The notes: generated by a model not told the origin, from the sequence alone. 52,238 bases of DNA from an uncultured Anaerolineales bacterium (GCA_964437855.1 CAYTJE010000001.1:1-52238), one strand, 5' to 3'; counted from the first letter of the stretch, positions 34,544 through 43,100 are shown. Numbers and translations: made by a program.

Positions 34544-36145
34544 ATGAACCGTCGCAGGTTTCTCGAGACCGCCGGCCTCGGCGCCGCTGCCGTCGCCGGG
34601 GCGACCCTCGGGCCGCTCGCACGCCCGTCTTGCGCCGGCGAACCGGCAAGCGCTTCCGGCGGCGCGGGCGACCAGCGCCCCAACATCCTCCTCATCATGG
34701 CCGACGACGTGGGCTACGCGGACATCGGCTGTTACGGGTCGGAGATCCGAACGCCCACCCTCGACGGCCTCGCCCGCCGGGGTATCCGGTTCACCCAGTT
34801 CTACAACATGGCCAAGTGCAACCCGACCCGCTCGACGCTGCTGACGGGCCTGTACTTCCGCAAACGTCATGCGGAGAACGCCCGCTCGCTCGGCACGCTG
34901 ATGCGGCAGGCGGGCTACTACGCCGCCACCAGCGGAAAGGAACATTTTGACGGCTGGGTGCCGAAGCACTGCTACGCCACCGAGTCGTTCGACGACGCCT
35001 TCACCTTCTACGCCTGCACGCAGTACTTCATTCCGCCGGGGTGGGACTTCACCCGCCCGTTCCAACTGAACGGCGAGGTGCTCAGGCCCGAGGCGATTCC
35101 CGTCTCGCGCAAACCGTTCTACAAAACGGACGTCATCACCGACTACGCCCTGCGGTTCCTCGATAAGGCGGAGGCGGCCGAGAAGCCCTTCTTTCTGTAC
35201 CTGCCGTACCACGTGGCCCATTACCCGCTCCAGGCGCGGCCGGAAGACATCAAGAAATATCGCGGCCGCTACCGGAAAGGGTGGGATGCCGTCCGGGCCG
35301 AGCGGTTCGCCCGGCAGAAGAAACTGGGCGTCCTGCCGCCGAACACGACACTCTCCGAGCCGGAGGATAACATCTACCCCCACCGCGGCGACGATGAGTG
35401 GTCCTCCTACACCCCGTGGGACGAGGTACCCGAGAGCAAGAAAGGCCGCCTCGACCTGGAGATGGCCGTCTTCGCCGCCATGATCGACCGGATGGACCGG
35501 AACATCGCCCGGGTCCTGGCGAAGATCGAGGCCATGGGCCGGGCGGAGAACACCCTCGTCCTGTTCCTCGTCGACAACGGGTCGTGCCCGTTCGACAACG
35601 GCGGCAAGCGTGACGCCAACGCCCCGCTCGGCAGCGCGGGCTCGTACGCGTTCCTGCGGCCGGCGTGGGCGTGCGTCGGCAACACACCGTGGCGGTACTA
35701 CAAGCAGTACGGGCACGAGGGCGGCCCGCATACGCCCTTCATCGGCCACTGGCCGGGCGTCATCGAACCGGGCATCACGCACCAGGTGGGGCACGTGGCG
35801 GACATCGTGCCCACGCTCCTGGAGGCGGCGGGCACCTCGTATCCGCAGGAGGCCGACGGCAAGCCGACCCCCGCGCTGGACGGGTCGAGCCTGATGCCGA
35901 TCTTCCGCGGCGGGGCGCGGCCGCAGCCGGAGATCCTCGTCTCCGGCTGGAAAAACGCCAGGCGGATGGTCCGCGTGGGCGACTGGAAGATCGTCTGCGT
36001 CAAAAACCGCCCGTGGGAACTCTATCGGATGGACGCCGACCCCGCCGAGACAAACAACCTGGCCGATGCGCGGCCGGAGAAGGTCAAGGAGATCGTCGCG
36101 CAATACCAAGCGTGGCTCGAGGCGAACGACGCCAGGCCGACGTGA
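34544..36145 (+). CDS. Sulfatase 6 (arylsulfatase-like, Cys-type, Tat signal)
   Basis: MNRRRFLETAGLGAAAVAGATLGPLARP, MADDVGYAD and CNPTRSTLLTGL. Confidence 0.9.
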   Translation: MNRRRFLETAGLGAAAVAGATLGPLARPSCAGEPASASGGAGDQRPNILLIMADDVGYADIGCYGSEIRTPTLDGLARRGIRFTQFYNMAKCNPTRSTLLTGLYFRKRHAENARSLGTLMRQAGYYAATSGKEHFDGWVPKHCYATESFDDAFTFYACTQYFIPPGWDFTRPFQLNGEVLRPEAIPVSRKPFYKTDVITDYALRFLDKAEAAEKPFFLYLPYHVAHYPLQARPEDIKKYRGRYRKGWDAVRAERFARQKKLGVLPPNTTLSEPEDNIYPHRGDDEWSSYTPWDEVPESKKGRLDLEMAVFAAMIDRMDRNIARVLAKIEAMGRAENTLVLFLVDNGSCPFDNGGKRDANAPLGSAGSYAFLRPAWACVGNTPWRYYKQYGHEGGPHTPFIGHWPGVIEPGITHQVGHVADIVPTLLEAAGTSYPQEADGKPTPALDGSSLMPIFRGGARPQPEILVSGWKNARRMVRVGDWKIVCVKNRPWELYRMDADPAETNNLADARPEKVKEIVAQYQAWLEANDARPT

Positions 36146-36155
36146 AGCGCCAAGT

Positions 36156-36269
36156 GTCGTTCGAACCCGCCGCGGGAGCGGCGGGTCATCACCATCCGGC
36201 GTGGTCGATGACCTCGGTAGAGGCGGATGACCGGCTGCTCCCGCAGCCGGCTCGAACGGCAAACAGGCA
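36156..36269 (+). repeat. Sulfatase-leader element copy c2 (114 nt)
   Basis: Same length and ends as c1. There are about 12 mismatches by eye, mostly in the central 28 nt. It ends 27 nt before ATG 36297. Confidence 0.75.
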
Positions 36270-36296
36270 TCCCACGTGCAACCTGAAAGGAGCGCC

Positions 36297-37856
36297 ATGA
36301 ACCGCCGCACGTTTCTCGAAACGGCCGGCCTCGCCGCCGCCGCCGGGGCGACCCTCGGGCCGCTCGTCCGCCCGGCCCGCGCCGCCGGAGGCAAGAAGGA
36401 CGACCGGCCCAACATCCTCCTCATCATGGCCGACGACATGGGCTTCTCCGACGTCGGCTGCTACGGCGGGGAGGTCCGCACGCCGCACATCAACGGCCTG
36501 GCCCGCCGCGGCATCCGCTTTACCCAGTGCTACAACAACGCCAAGTGCGGGCCCACGCGGGCGTCGCTCCTGACGGGGCTGTACGACCAGCAGGTCGGTA
36601 CCCGGCCACTGAAGCACTGCGTGACCCTGGCCGAGGTCCTGAAGGCCGCCGGCTACCGGACCCTGATGACCGGCAAGTGGCACCAGAGCGAGATTCCCGT
36701 CCATCGCGGCTTCGACCGCTACTTCGGCCTGGCCGACGGGTGCTGCAACTTCTGGAACCCCGGCCGAGAGCGCGAGGGCGAGCCGCCCCCCGGCCGCAAG
36801 TGGAAACGCTGGCGGCGATGGGCCATCGACGACCAGGTCTTCCAGCCGTACACGCCCGAGGACCGCGACTTCTACACCACCGACGCCTTCACGGACTACG
36901 CCCTTAAGTATCTCGACCGGTACGGCAAAGAGGACCGCCCCATCTTCCTGTACCTGGCGTACACGGCCCCGCACTATCCGCTGCACGCCTGGCCGGACGA
37001 CATCGCCCGCTACCGCGACACGTACACGGTGGGGTGGGACGAAATCCGCCGACGCCGCTGGAAGCGGCAGGTGGCGATGGGCCTGACTGCCGACCACTGG
37101 GACCCCTCGCCGCGCGACCCCTCCGTCACCCCGTGGGACGAGGCGAAGGGCAAGGACGAATGGGCCCTGAAGATGGCCGTCTACGCCGCCATGATCGACC
37201 GCATGGATCAGAACATCGGCCGCGTGCTCGCCAAGTTCCGTGACCTCGGGCGCCTGGAGAACACGCTCGTCCTCTTCCTCTCGGACAACGGCGGATGCGC
37301 CGAGAACGTGAACAAGACGCCGGAGGTGCCACCCGGCCCACTGCCCTCGTACCGGACGGTCGATAAGCCGTGGGCGAACGCCTCGAACACACCGTTCCGC
37401 AAGTACAAATCGTGGGACCACGAGGGCGGCATCTGCATGCCCTTCGTCGTCTCCTGGCCGCGCGTCGTCACCGACGGCGGCCGCATCGACCGCCGCGTCG
37501 GCCACATCATCGACGTGATGGCCACCGTCTGCGACGTGGCGGGGGCCGAGTATCCGTCGGAATATGACGGCCACAAGGTCCTGCCCCTGGAGGGCAAGTC
37601 GCTCCGGCCGCTCATCGAGGGCAAGGACCGCGAGGGACACGAGGCCCTGTACTGGCAGTTCGGTGGCTCCAAGGCCGTCCGGGCCGGCCAATGGAAACTC
37701 GTCAAACACGGCAAGGCCGACTGGGAACTGTACGACATGGAAGCCGACCGCTGCGAACTTCGCGACCTCGCAACGCAGCACCCCGACCGCGTCGAACGGA
37801 TGGCCGGGATGTGGGACGACTGGCGCCGGCGCTGCGCCCGCGATTACAAGGGCTGA
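36297..37856 (+). CDS. Sulfatase 7 (arylsulfatase-like, Cys-type, Tat signal; tandem paralog of sulfatase 6)
   Basis: MNRRTFLETAGLAAAAGATLGPLVRP, MADDMGFSD and CGPTRASLLTGL. GAAAGGAG RBS at 36285-36292. Confidence 0.9.
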   Translation: MNRRTFLETAGLAAAAGATLGPLVRPARAAGGKKDDRPNILLIMADDMGFSDVGCYGGEVRTPHINGLARRGIRFTQCYNNAKCGPTRASLLTGLYDQQVGTRPLKHCVTLAEVLKAAGYRTLMTGKWHQSEIPVHRGFDRYFGLADGCCNFWNPGREREGEPPPGRKWKRWRRWAIDDQVFQPYTPEDRDFYTTDAFTDYALKYLDRYGKEDRPIFLYLAYTAPHYPLHAWPDDIARYRDTYTVGWDEIRRRRWKRQVAMGLTADHWDPSPRDPSVTPWDEAKGKDEWALKMAVYAAMIDRMDQNIGRVLAKFRDLGRLENTLVLFLSDNGGCAENVNKTPEVPPGPLPSYRTVDKPWANASNTPFRKYKSWDHEGGICMPFVVSWPRVVTDGGRIDRRVGHIIDVMATVCDVAGAEYPSEYDGHKVLPLEGKSLRPLIEGKDREGHEALYWQFGGSKAVRAGQWKLVKHGKADWELYDMEADRCELRDLATQHPDRVERMAGMWDDWRRRCARDYKG

Positions 37857-37889
37857 TCCCCGGGGGCCGGCGCCTTCGACGCTCCTCTC

Positions 37890-37930
37890 TTAACGCAGAG
37901 AGCGCAGAGGAACAGAGAGAACGCAGAGAA
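37890..37930. repeat. Family D unit (TTAACGCAGAGAGCGCAGAGGAACAGAGAGAACGCAGAG)
   Basis: Direct repeat of 38049-38080. Related inverted units lie at 8111-8235. Confidence 0.7.
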
Positions 37931-37944
37931 GACCTCAAGGCTGA

Positions 37945-37992
37945 GTAACAGCAAAGGCAAGTAACGGCGAAGGAGAGTAACGGCAAAGGCAA
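37945..37992. repeat. 3 x 16-bp tandem repeat GTAACRGCRAAGGMRA
   Basis: GTAACAGCAAAGGCAA, GTAACGGCGAAGGAGA and GTAACGGCAAAGGCAA in tandem. Confidence 0.8.
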
Positions 37993-38048
37993 CAGCGGCG
38001 GCCGGGACGACGCCGTAGCCCGGGCGGGCGGGTCCCGGCGGTTCGGTT

Positions 38049-38080
38049 TTAACGCAGAGAGCGCGGAGAACGCAGAGAAC
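38049..38080. repeat. Family D unit
   Basis: TTAACGCAGAGAGCGCGGAGAACGCAGAGAAC, in the same orientation as 37890-37930. Confidence 0.7.
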
Positions 38081-38228
38081 AACAAAACGGGAAAGATGCA
38101 GATACAGGGATAGCGTTATGCGACGTGTGGCCCGGCCGGCCTTGCCCGGCCGGGAGAAAGCCGGGTGCCACTGGCGGCTTGTCCGCCAGTGTGCGAAGCA
38201 AGCCGGTCAATGCCCGAAGGAGGCCGAC

Positions 38229-39440
38229 ATGCCACGCCGAATCGTCATTGCGAGCGTTCTTGCACTGGCCCTCGCCTTGGCCGCCGCGGCCCAGGCCGCC
38301 TGGCCTCGCCACACCATCGACGACTCCAGCCGCGGGGCCGACGGCACACGCCTCGCCGACGTCAACGGCGACGGCCGCCCGGACATCGTTACCGGCTGGG
38401 AAGAGGGCGGCATTACCCGCGTCTACCTCAACCCCGGGCCCGAGAAGGCGAAGGGCAAATGGCCGGCCGTCACCGTCGGCAAGACGCCCAACGTCGAGGA
38501 CGCCGTCTTCGTGGACCTCGATGGCGACGGCGCCACCGACGTCGTCACGTGCTGCGAGGGCCGGACGCGGACCCTGTTCGTCCACTGGGCGCCGAAGGTG
38601 CCGGACCGGTACCTGGACCCCGATGCCTGGACGACCGAGGCCGTGCCCGCCTCCAAGGGCCGGATGATGTGGATGTTCGCCGTGCCGGTCCAACTCGACG
38701 GCAAGCACGGCGACGATCTCGTCGCCGGCGGCAAGGGTGCCGGGGCCGCCGTCGGCTGGTTCCGGTCGCCCGCCAACCCGCGGAACCTGGCCGACTGGAC
38801 GTGGCACCCGCTCCAGAAGGTCGGCTGGGTCATGTCCATCCGCCTGGAAGCCATCGACACGGATGGCAACCTCGACATTCTGGTCAGCGACCGCAAGGGC
38901 CCGACGCGCGGCGTGTTCTGGCTTCGGAACCCCGGGCCCGACGCCGACCTGACGCGCGCCGAGGCGTGGAAACGCCACAACATCGGCGGTGCCGGCCGCG
39001 AGGTCATGTTCCTGACGACCGCCGACCCCGACCGCGACCGGCGCGAGGACGTGTTCGTGGCCACCAAGCCGCGCGACATCCTCTATCTGCGTCAGACGAC
39101 CCGCGGCGGGCGGGAGTGGAAAACCTACCCCATCCGCCTGCCCGAGACGGCCGGCACCGCCAAGGCCGTGGCCGTGGGCGATATCGACGGCGACGGCCGG
39201 AAGGACCTGCTCTTCTCGTGCGAGCACGCCACGCCGCCACGCTCCGGTGTCATGTGGCTCTCGTATGCGAAGTCGCCCACGGAGACCGCGTGGCAGGCCC
39301 ACGACGTCAGCGGCCCGGAGGGCGTCAAGTTCGACCTCGTCGTCCCCCGGGACCTCGACGGCGACGGCGACCAGGACATCCTGACGTGCGAAGAGCGGCA
39401 TAACCTCGGCGTCATCTGGTACGAGAATCCCAGGCGGTAG
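38229..39440 (+). CDS. FG-GAP/VCBS repeat protein (secreted)
   Basis: Signal MPRRIVIASVLALALALAAAAQA, repeated DxDGDGxxD(I/V/L) motifs (VNGDGRPDIV, DLDGDGATDVV, DIDGDGRKDLL, DLDGDGDQDIL), and AAGGAGG RBS. Confidence 0.8.
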   Translation: MPRRIVIASVLALALALAAAAQAAWPRHTIDDSSRGADGTRLADVNGDGRPDIVTGWEEGGITRVYLNPGPEKAKGKWPAVTVGKTPNVEDAVFVDLDGDGATDVVTCCEGRTRTLFVHWAPKVPDRYLDPDAWTTEAVPASKGRMMWMFAVPVQLDGKHGDDLVAGGKGAGAAVGWFRSPANPRNLADWTWHPLQKVGWVMSIRLEAIDTDGNLDILVSDRKGPTRGVFWLRNPGPDADLTRAEAWKRHNIGGAGREVMFLTTADPDRDRREDVFVATKPRDILYLRQTTRGGREWKTYPIRLPETAGTAKAVAVGDIDGDGRKDLLFSCEHATPPRSGVMWLSYAKSPTETAWQAHDVSGPEGVKFDLVVPRDLDGDGDQDILTCEERHNLGVIWYENPRR

Positions 39441-39479
39441 AAGTCCGTATGGCTGGGGTCGGCGGCACAGGCTTTTTCC

Positions 39480-39509
39480 TTGCAACGGCCGCCTGCCGGG
39501 AAGCATAAT
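39480..39509 (+). promoter_or_regulatory. Sigma70-like promoter: TTGCAA-18-CATAAT
   Basis: The -35 is at 39480-39485 and the -10 at 39504-39509, upstream of the TPR lipoprotein gene. Confidence 0.45.
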
Positions 39510-39572
39510 CGAGCCTTGCGGAAGGGTCGGTGCGTACTCGCCAGCCCGGCTTCAAGTCGAGAGGAGGGACCT

Positions 39573-40313
39573 ATGGCGTCGAGCAACGGTTCAGCGCGTT
39601 CGGCTGGCACCCCTCGGAGCCCCGGAATGCCCTGTCGCGGCCGAGCGCTCGGCCCCCACGGGCCGCGCCTGGCGGCGCTGCTCATCGTGGCCGTCGGCCT
39701 GGTGGCCGGCGGATGCGAGGACCCCAGCCTGCGATTTAACCGCGCGGGCATGGAGGCGTACCACCAGGGCAAGTACACCCAGGCCCGGGCCGCCTTCGAG
39801 GAAGCCATCGAGCAGAATCCTGACGTCGGCACTTACTACTTCAACCGCGGCATGTGCGAGCAGGCCCTCGGCCACCATACCGAGGCGATTTTCAACTACC
39901 AGATGGCCACGAAACTCGACGCCTCCATCGTGGGCGCCTACAAAAACGCCGCCGACTGTTACCTGGAACTCGGCAAGCCGGCGCAGGCCCGCGAGGTCCT
40001 CGAACAGGGCACCCGGGCCAACCCGTACACGGCCGAGGCCTTCATCAACCTGTCGCGGTTCTACGACGCCCGGGGCGATGAGTTCAACGCCAAACTGGCC
40101 ATGGCCAAGGCCGTCGCCGCCGACCCCGAAAACCCCGTGGCCCACCGCGAGTACGCCCAACTGCTGCTCAGGGTCGGCAAACGCGAGGAGGCCGTCAAGC
40201 ACCTTCGCAAGAGCATGCAACTTCAGCCGGTTCAGCCGGAGGTGTCGGCCCAACTGTCGGAACTCGCCCCGCCGGAGGACGAACTCCCGACCCCAAAACC
40301 CCAGAGCGAATGA
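39573..40313 (+). CDS. TPR-repeat lipoprotein
   Basis: GAGGAGGGA RBS, signal with lipobox-like LVAGGC, and several TPR-like helices (AIEQNPD.., ATKLDAS.., AVAADPENP..). Confidence 0.75.
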   Translation: MASSNGSARSAGTPRSPGMPCRGRALGPHGPRLAALLIVAVGLVAGGCEDPSLRFNRAGMEAYHQGKYTQARAAFEEAIEQNPDVGTYYFNRGMCEQALGHHTEAIFNYQMATKLDASIVGAYKNAADCYLELGKPAQAREVLEQGTRANPYTAEAFINLSRFYDARGDEFNAKLAMAKAVAADPENPVAHREYAQLLLRVGKREEAVKHLRKSMQLQPVQPEVSAQLSELAPPEDELPTPKPQSE

Positions 40314-41425
40314 ACGCCCACAAACCGGCCTACCGGGTTGGACCGCGCAACGGCTCGCATCAGCGAGCCGTTGGCTTTCTCGCCCTCCTCGCCGCCCTGG
40401 CCTCCGCCGCCCCTCGCGCGGCGCTGGCCTGGTCCGACCGCGGACATCGCCTGATCACCGAGGAAGCCGTCCGCCGGCTGCCCGAGCCCCTTCGCGGCCT
40501 GCTGGGGACCGAGGCCCACCTGGAGCGGCTCCGCCGGGCCTGCGTCGCCCCCGGCCGCCGCGCCCCTCAGGCATCCGAGCACCAGCCACCGCAGGAAATC
40601 CACCGCCACGTCTTCCGGATCGACGCGATCACGGACGAGCCGTACCCGTTCAAGACCTTTCCCCGGAAGCGAGCGGAGGCCGAGGCCCGGTTCGGCGCCG
40701 AGACCTTCCTTGAACACGGTACCGCGCCCTGGGCCGCCGCTGATGCCATGGAACGCCTGGCCGACGCCCTCGCCGCCGGCTGCGCTGAAGAGGCATTCAC
40801 GGCGGCCGGCGACCTTGCCCACTATGCCGCCGACCTCCATATGCCCCTCCACACCACCAGGAACCGCGATGGGCAACGCACCGGCAACCACGGCATCTAC
40901 AAGGCTCTGACGGTCGGGCTCGTCCACCGGTACCCAGAGTTCTACGAGAAAGCGGTCCGGAAAGGGCGGCAAATGGTCCGGTACCTCGACGCGCCGACCG
41001 ACCGGCTCTTCGACTGGCTCATCGCGGCCCACGGCCGGGTGAAGCCGATCCTGGAGGCCGATTCGGCCGCGAGGAAAAAGACCACGTATAACCCCGCCCA
41101 GCACCCCGAGGACCTGACGGATCCGGACGCGACCCGCGCCCGGCCGTACTACAAGACGCTCAAGGGCGAACTGGGCCGGCGCGGCTCGCCCGAGGCCGCC
41201 GCCCGACGCGACGCCGCCGCCCACCTGGCCGACCTGGTCTACACGGCGTGGGTCCGGGCCGGCAAACCGCTCTCGCTCCAGGCCGCGGCGCCCGCCGAGC
41301 AGGGGCCGTCCACGGTTCCGTACTGGCTTCTGGCACCGGCCATCGCCATGGTGATTCTGCTCCTTCTGCCCCGCCGGCGGCCGGACACACGCGGCGGCAA
41401 GGATTCGGGGCCGGGATCGCCGTAG
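40310..41425 (+). CDS. S1/P1 nuclease / zinc phospholipase C-fold protein with a C-terminal membrane anchor
   Basis: The predicted signal cleavage ..RAALA|WSDRGHRLI leaves an N-terminal Trp. DLAHYAADLHMPLHTT is present. C-terminal TM WLLAPAIAMVILLLL. ATGA overlap with the TPR gene. Confidence 0.65.
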   Translation: MNAHKPAYRVGPRNGSHQRAVGFLALLAALASAAPRAALAWSDRGHRLITEEAVRRLPEPLRGLLGTEAHLERLRRACVAPGRRAPQASEHQPPQEIHRHVFRIDAITDEPYPFKTFPRKRAEAEARFGAETFLEHGTAPWAAADAMERLADALAAGCAEEAFTAAGDLAHYAADLHMPLHTTRNRDGQRTGNHGIYKALTVGLVHRYPEFYEKAVRKGRQMVRYLDAPTDRLFDWLIAAHGRVKPILEADSAARKKTTYNPAQHPEDLTDPDATRARPYYKTLKGELGRRGSPEAAARRDAAAHLADLVYTAWVRAGKPLSLQAAAPAEQGPSTVPYWLLAPAIAMVILLLLPRRRPDTRGGKDSGPGSP

Positions 41426-41491
41426 CCTGCGTGGCCGTTCGAGCCGCCGGCCGGTTCGAAGCAGCGATGGGCAGGAAGCGGTGTATCTCCG

Positions 41492-42865
41492 ATGGCCGAC
41501 CCGTTCCGCACCTTCAAGGTGATCTCGTTCGGCTGCAAGGTCAATCAGACCGAGGGGTGGGCCCTGGCCGAGCGCCTTCGCGGTCTGGGCCTGCGCGAGG
41601 TCGGCCGCCGCGCCCGCGCCGACCTGGTCATCGTCAACACCTGCTGCGTGACGGCCGAGGCCGCCCGCCAGGGCCGACAGCGCGTCCGCCGGGCCCTTCG
41701 CCGTGACGCCGGCGTCGCGGTCACCGGCTGCGACGCGCACCCTGCGGCCGAGGACGCGGCGCTCGGCCAGATCGAAGACCTCCTGGCCCTGGAGGCCGAC
41801 AAGACCCGCCTCCTCGCCCGCCTCACGGACACGGGCCGGCTGCCGGAGGAGGCCGAGGGCGCCACCCGGAGCGGGCCGGAAGGCGAACCGGCGTCCCAGC
41901 CGCGGAGCCGGGCCTTGCTCAAGGTCCAGGACGGCTGCCCCGGCGGCTGCACGTACTGCATCGTGCCCAGGGTCCGGCCCCGCGTCCGCTCGTTGCCGCC
42001 AGAGGAGGCCGTCCGGACAGCCGAGCGCCTGGTCGCGGAGGGGTTTCGCGAGATCGTCCTCTGCGGCATCCACCTGGGGCTGTACGGCTGCGATCTCGCA
42101 CCGTTGTCGAGCCCCGACCGTAAGGTTGGGGGTGCCCGCGACCTCACGGTCGCGGCTCGAAAGGCAGGCGCGCCCGGCCTCGCCGACCTCCTTGCGCGCC
42201 TCCTGGCAATCGACGGCCTGGGCCGGGTGCGCCTGTCGAGCATCCTGCCCACAGAGGTGGGCGGCTCGCTGCTGGCGCTGATGGCGGCGGAGCCGGACCG
42301 CCTCTGCCCCCACCTGCACCTCCCGCTCCAGTCGGGCGACGACGAGGTCCTTTCGCGCATGGGTCGGCCGTACACGTCGGCCGATTTCCTGGGGGCCGTC
42401 GAGCGGGTCCGCGGGACGCTCGACGCGCCGGCCATCACCACCGACGTCCTGGTGGGCTTCCCCGGCGAGACGGACGCCGCGCTGGAGCGGACCCTCGCCG
42501 TGTGCCGGGAGGCCCGGTTCTCGCGGATGCACGTCTTCGGGTTCTCGCCCCGCCCGGGGACAGGGGCGGCCGAGGGGCCCGACCCCGTCCCCGGCGAGGC
42601 GAAGCGGGCGCGAGTCCGGCGGGCGGCGGCGCTCGGCGAGGAACTGGCCGAGGCCTACCGCCGCTGGCTCGTGGGCCGACGCGAGCAGGTGGCCGTCGAG
42701 ACGGTCCACCGCGACGGCGCCGCCGAGGGCCTGGCGGCACGCTACGTCCGGGTCCGGGTTCGCGGCCCTTTGCCGGAAGGCGCCGGCCGGCGGGACCTCG
42801 TGCCCGTGCGGCTCAAGGGCGCCGACGGCGAGGCGCTCGCGGCCCAACTCGAGCCGCAAACGTGA
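41492..42865 (+). CDS. mtaB: tRNA methylthiotransferase, MtaB/MiaB family (radical SAM)
   Basis: UPF0004 N-domain (KVISFGCKVNQTE, VIVNTCCVT), radical SAM LKVQDGCPGGCTYC, and a TRAM-like C-terminus. Confidence 0.85.
   Translation: MADPFRTFKVISFGCKVNQTEGWALAERLRGLGLREVGRRARADLVIVNTCCVTAEAARQGRQRVRRALRRDAGVAVTGCDAHPAAEDAALGQIEDLLALEADKTRLLARLTDTGRLPEEAEGATRSGPEGEPASQPRSRALLKVQDGCPGGCTYCIVPRVRPRVRSLPPEEAVRTAERLVAEGFREIVLCGIHLGLYGCDLAPLSSPDRKVGGARDLTVAARKAGAPGLADLLARLLAIDGLGRVRLSSILPTEVGGSLLALMAAEPDRLCPHLHLPLQSGDDEVLSRMGRPYTSADFLGAVERVRGTLDAPAITTDVLVGFPGETDAALERTLAVCREARFSRMHVFGFSPRPGTGAAEGPDPVPGEAKRARVRRAAALGEELAEAYRRWLVGRREQVAVETVHRDGAAEGLAARYVRVRVRGPLPEGAGRRDLVPVRLKGADGEALAAQLEPQT
42107..42160. 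repeat. Family E palindromic element (54 nt = 18 codons) in frame in mtaB
   Basis: The arms TCGAGCCCCGACCGT and ACGGTCGCGGCTCGA have one mismatch. It contains the 28-nt string that is identical to 4245-4272. Confidence 0.7.
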
Positions 42866-42948
42866 GTTCGCGATATCCGGCGGCGCAGCGCGTTCGTCGC
42901 CCGCCAAGGCGCGTACTCCCCTTCGACGGCGCCTCGCGGCTTACTACT

Positions 42949-43063
42949 ACAACGCTATGTCAGCATGGTGCGCGGCGGGTCTGGATTACCCACCGCGCCC
43001 GAATCGGGCATTCTGCGTCTGCGCGGCGGGTGCGGAGACCCGCCGCGCACGAGATAGCGTTGT
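42949..43063. repeat. Family A REP doublet bracketed by a 10-bp inverted repeat
   Basis: ACAACGCTAT ... [TGCGCGGCGGGT..ACCCACCGCGC] ... [TGCGCGGCGGGT-GCGGAG-ACCCGCCGCGCA] ... ATAGCGTTGT. Confidence 0.8.
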
Positions 43064-43100
43064 CGTGTTACGGGGCGGGGCCGAGACAGCCGCCTGTCCC

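Noticed and set aside
36151-36175. tRNA-like TTCGAA motifs (GTCGTTCGAACCC here, CGGTTCGAAGC at about 41446)
   Set aside because: No acceptor, D or anticodon arms can be drawn around them. They are the termini of repeat elements or a small hairpin.
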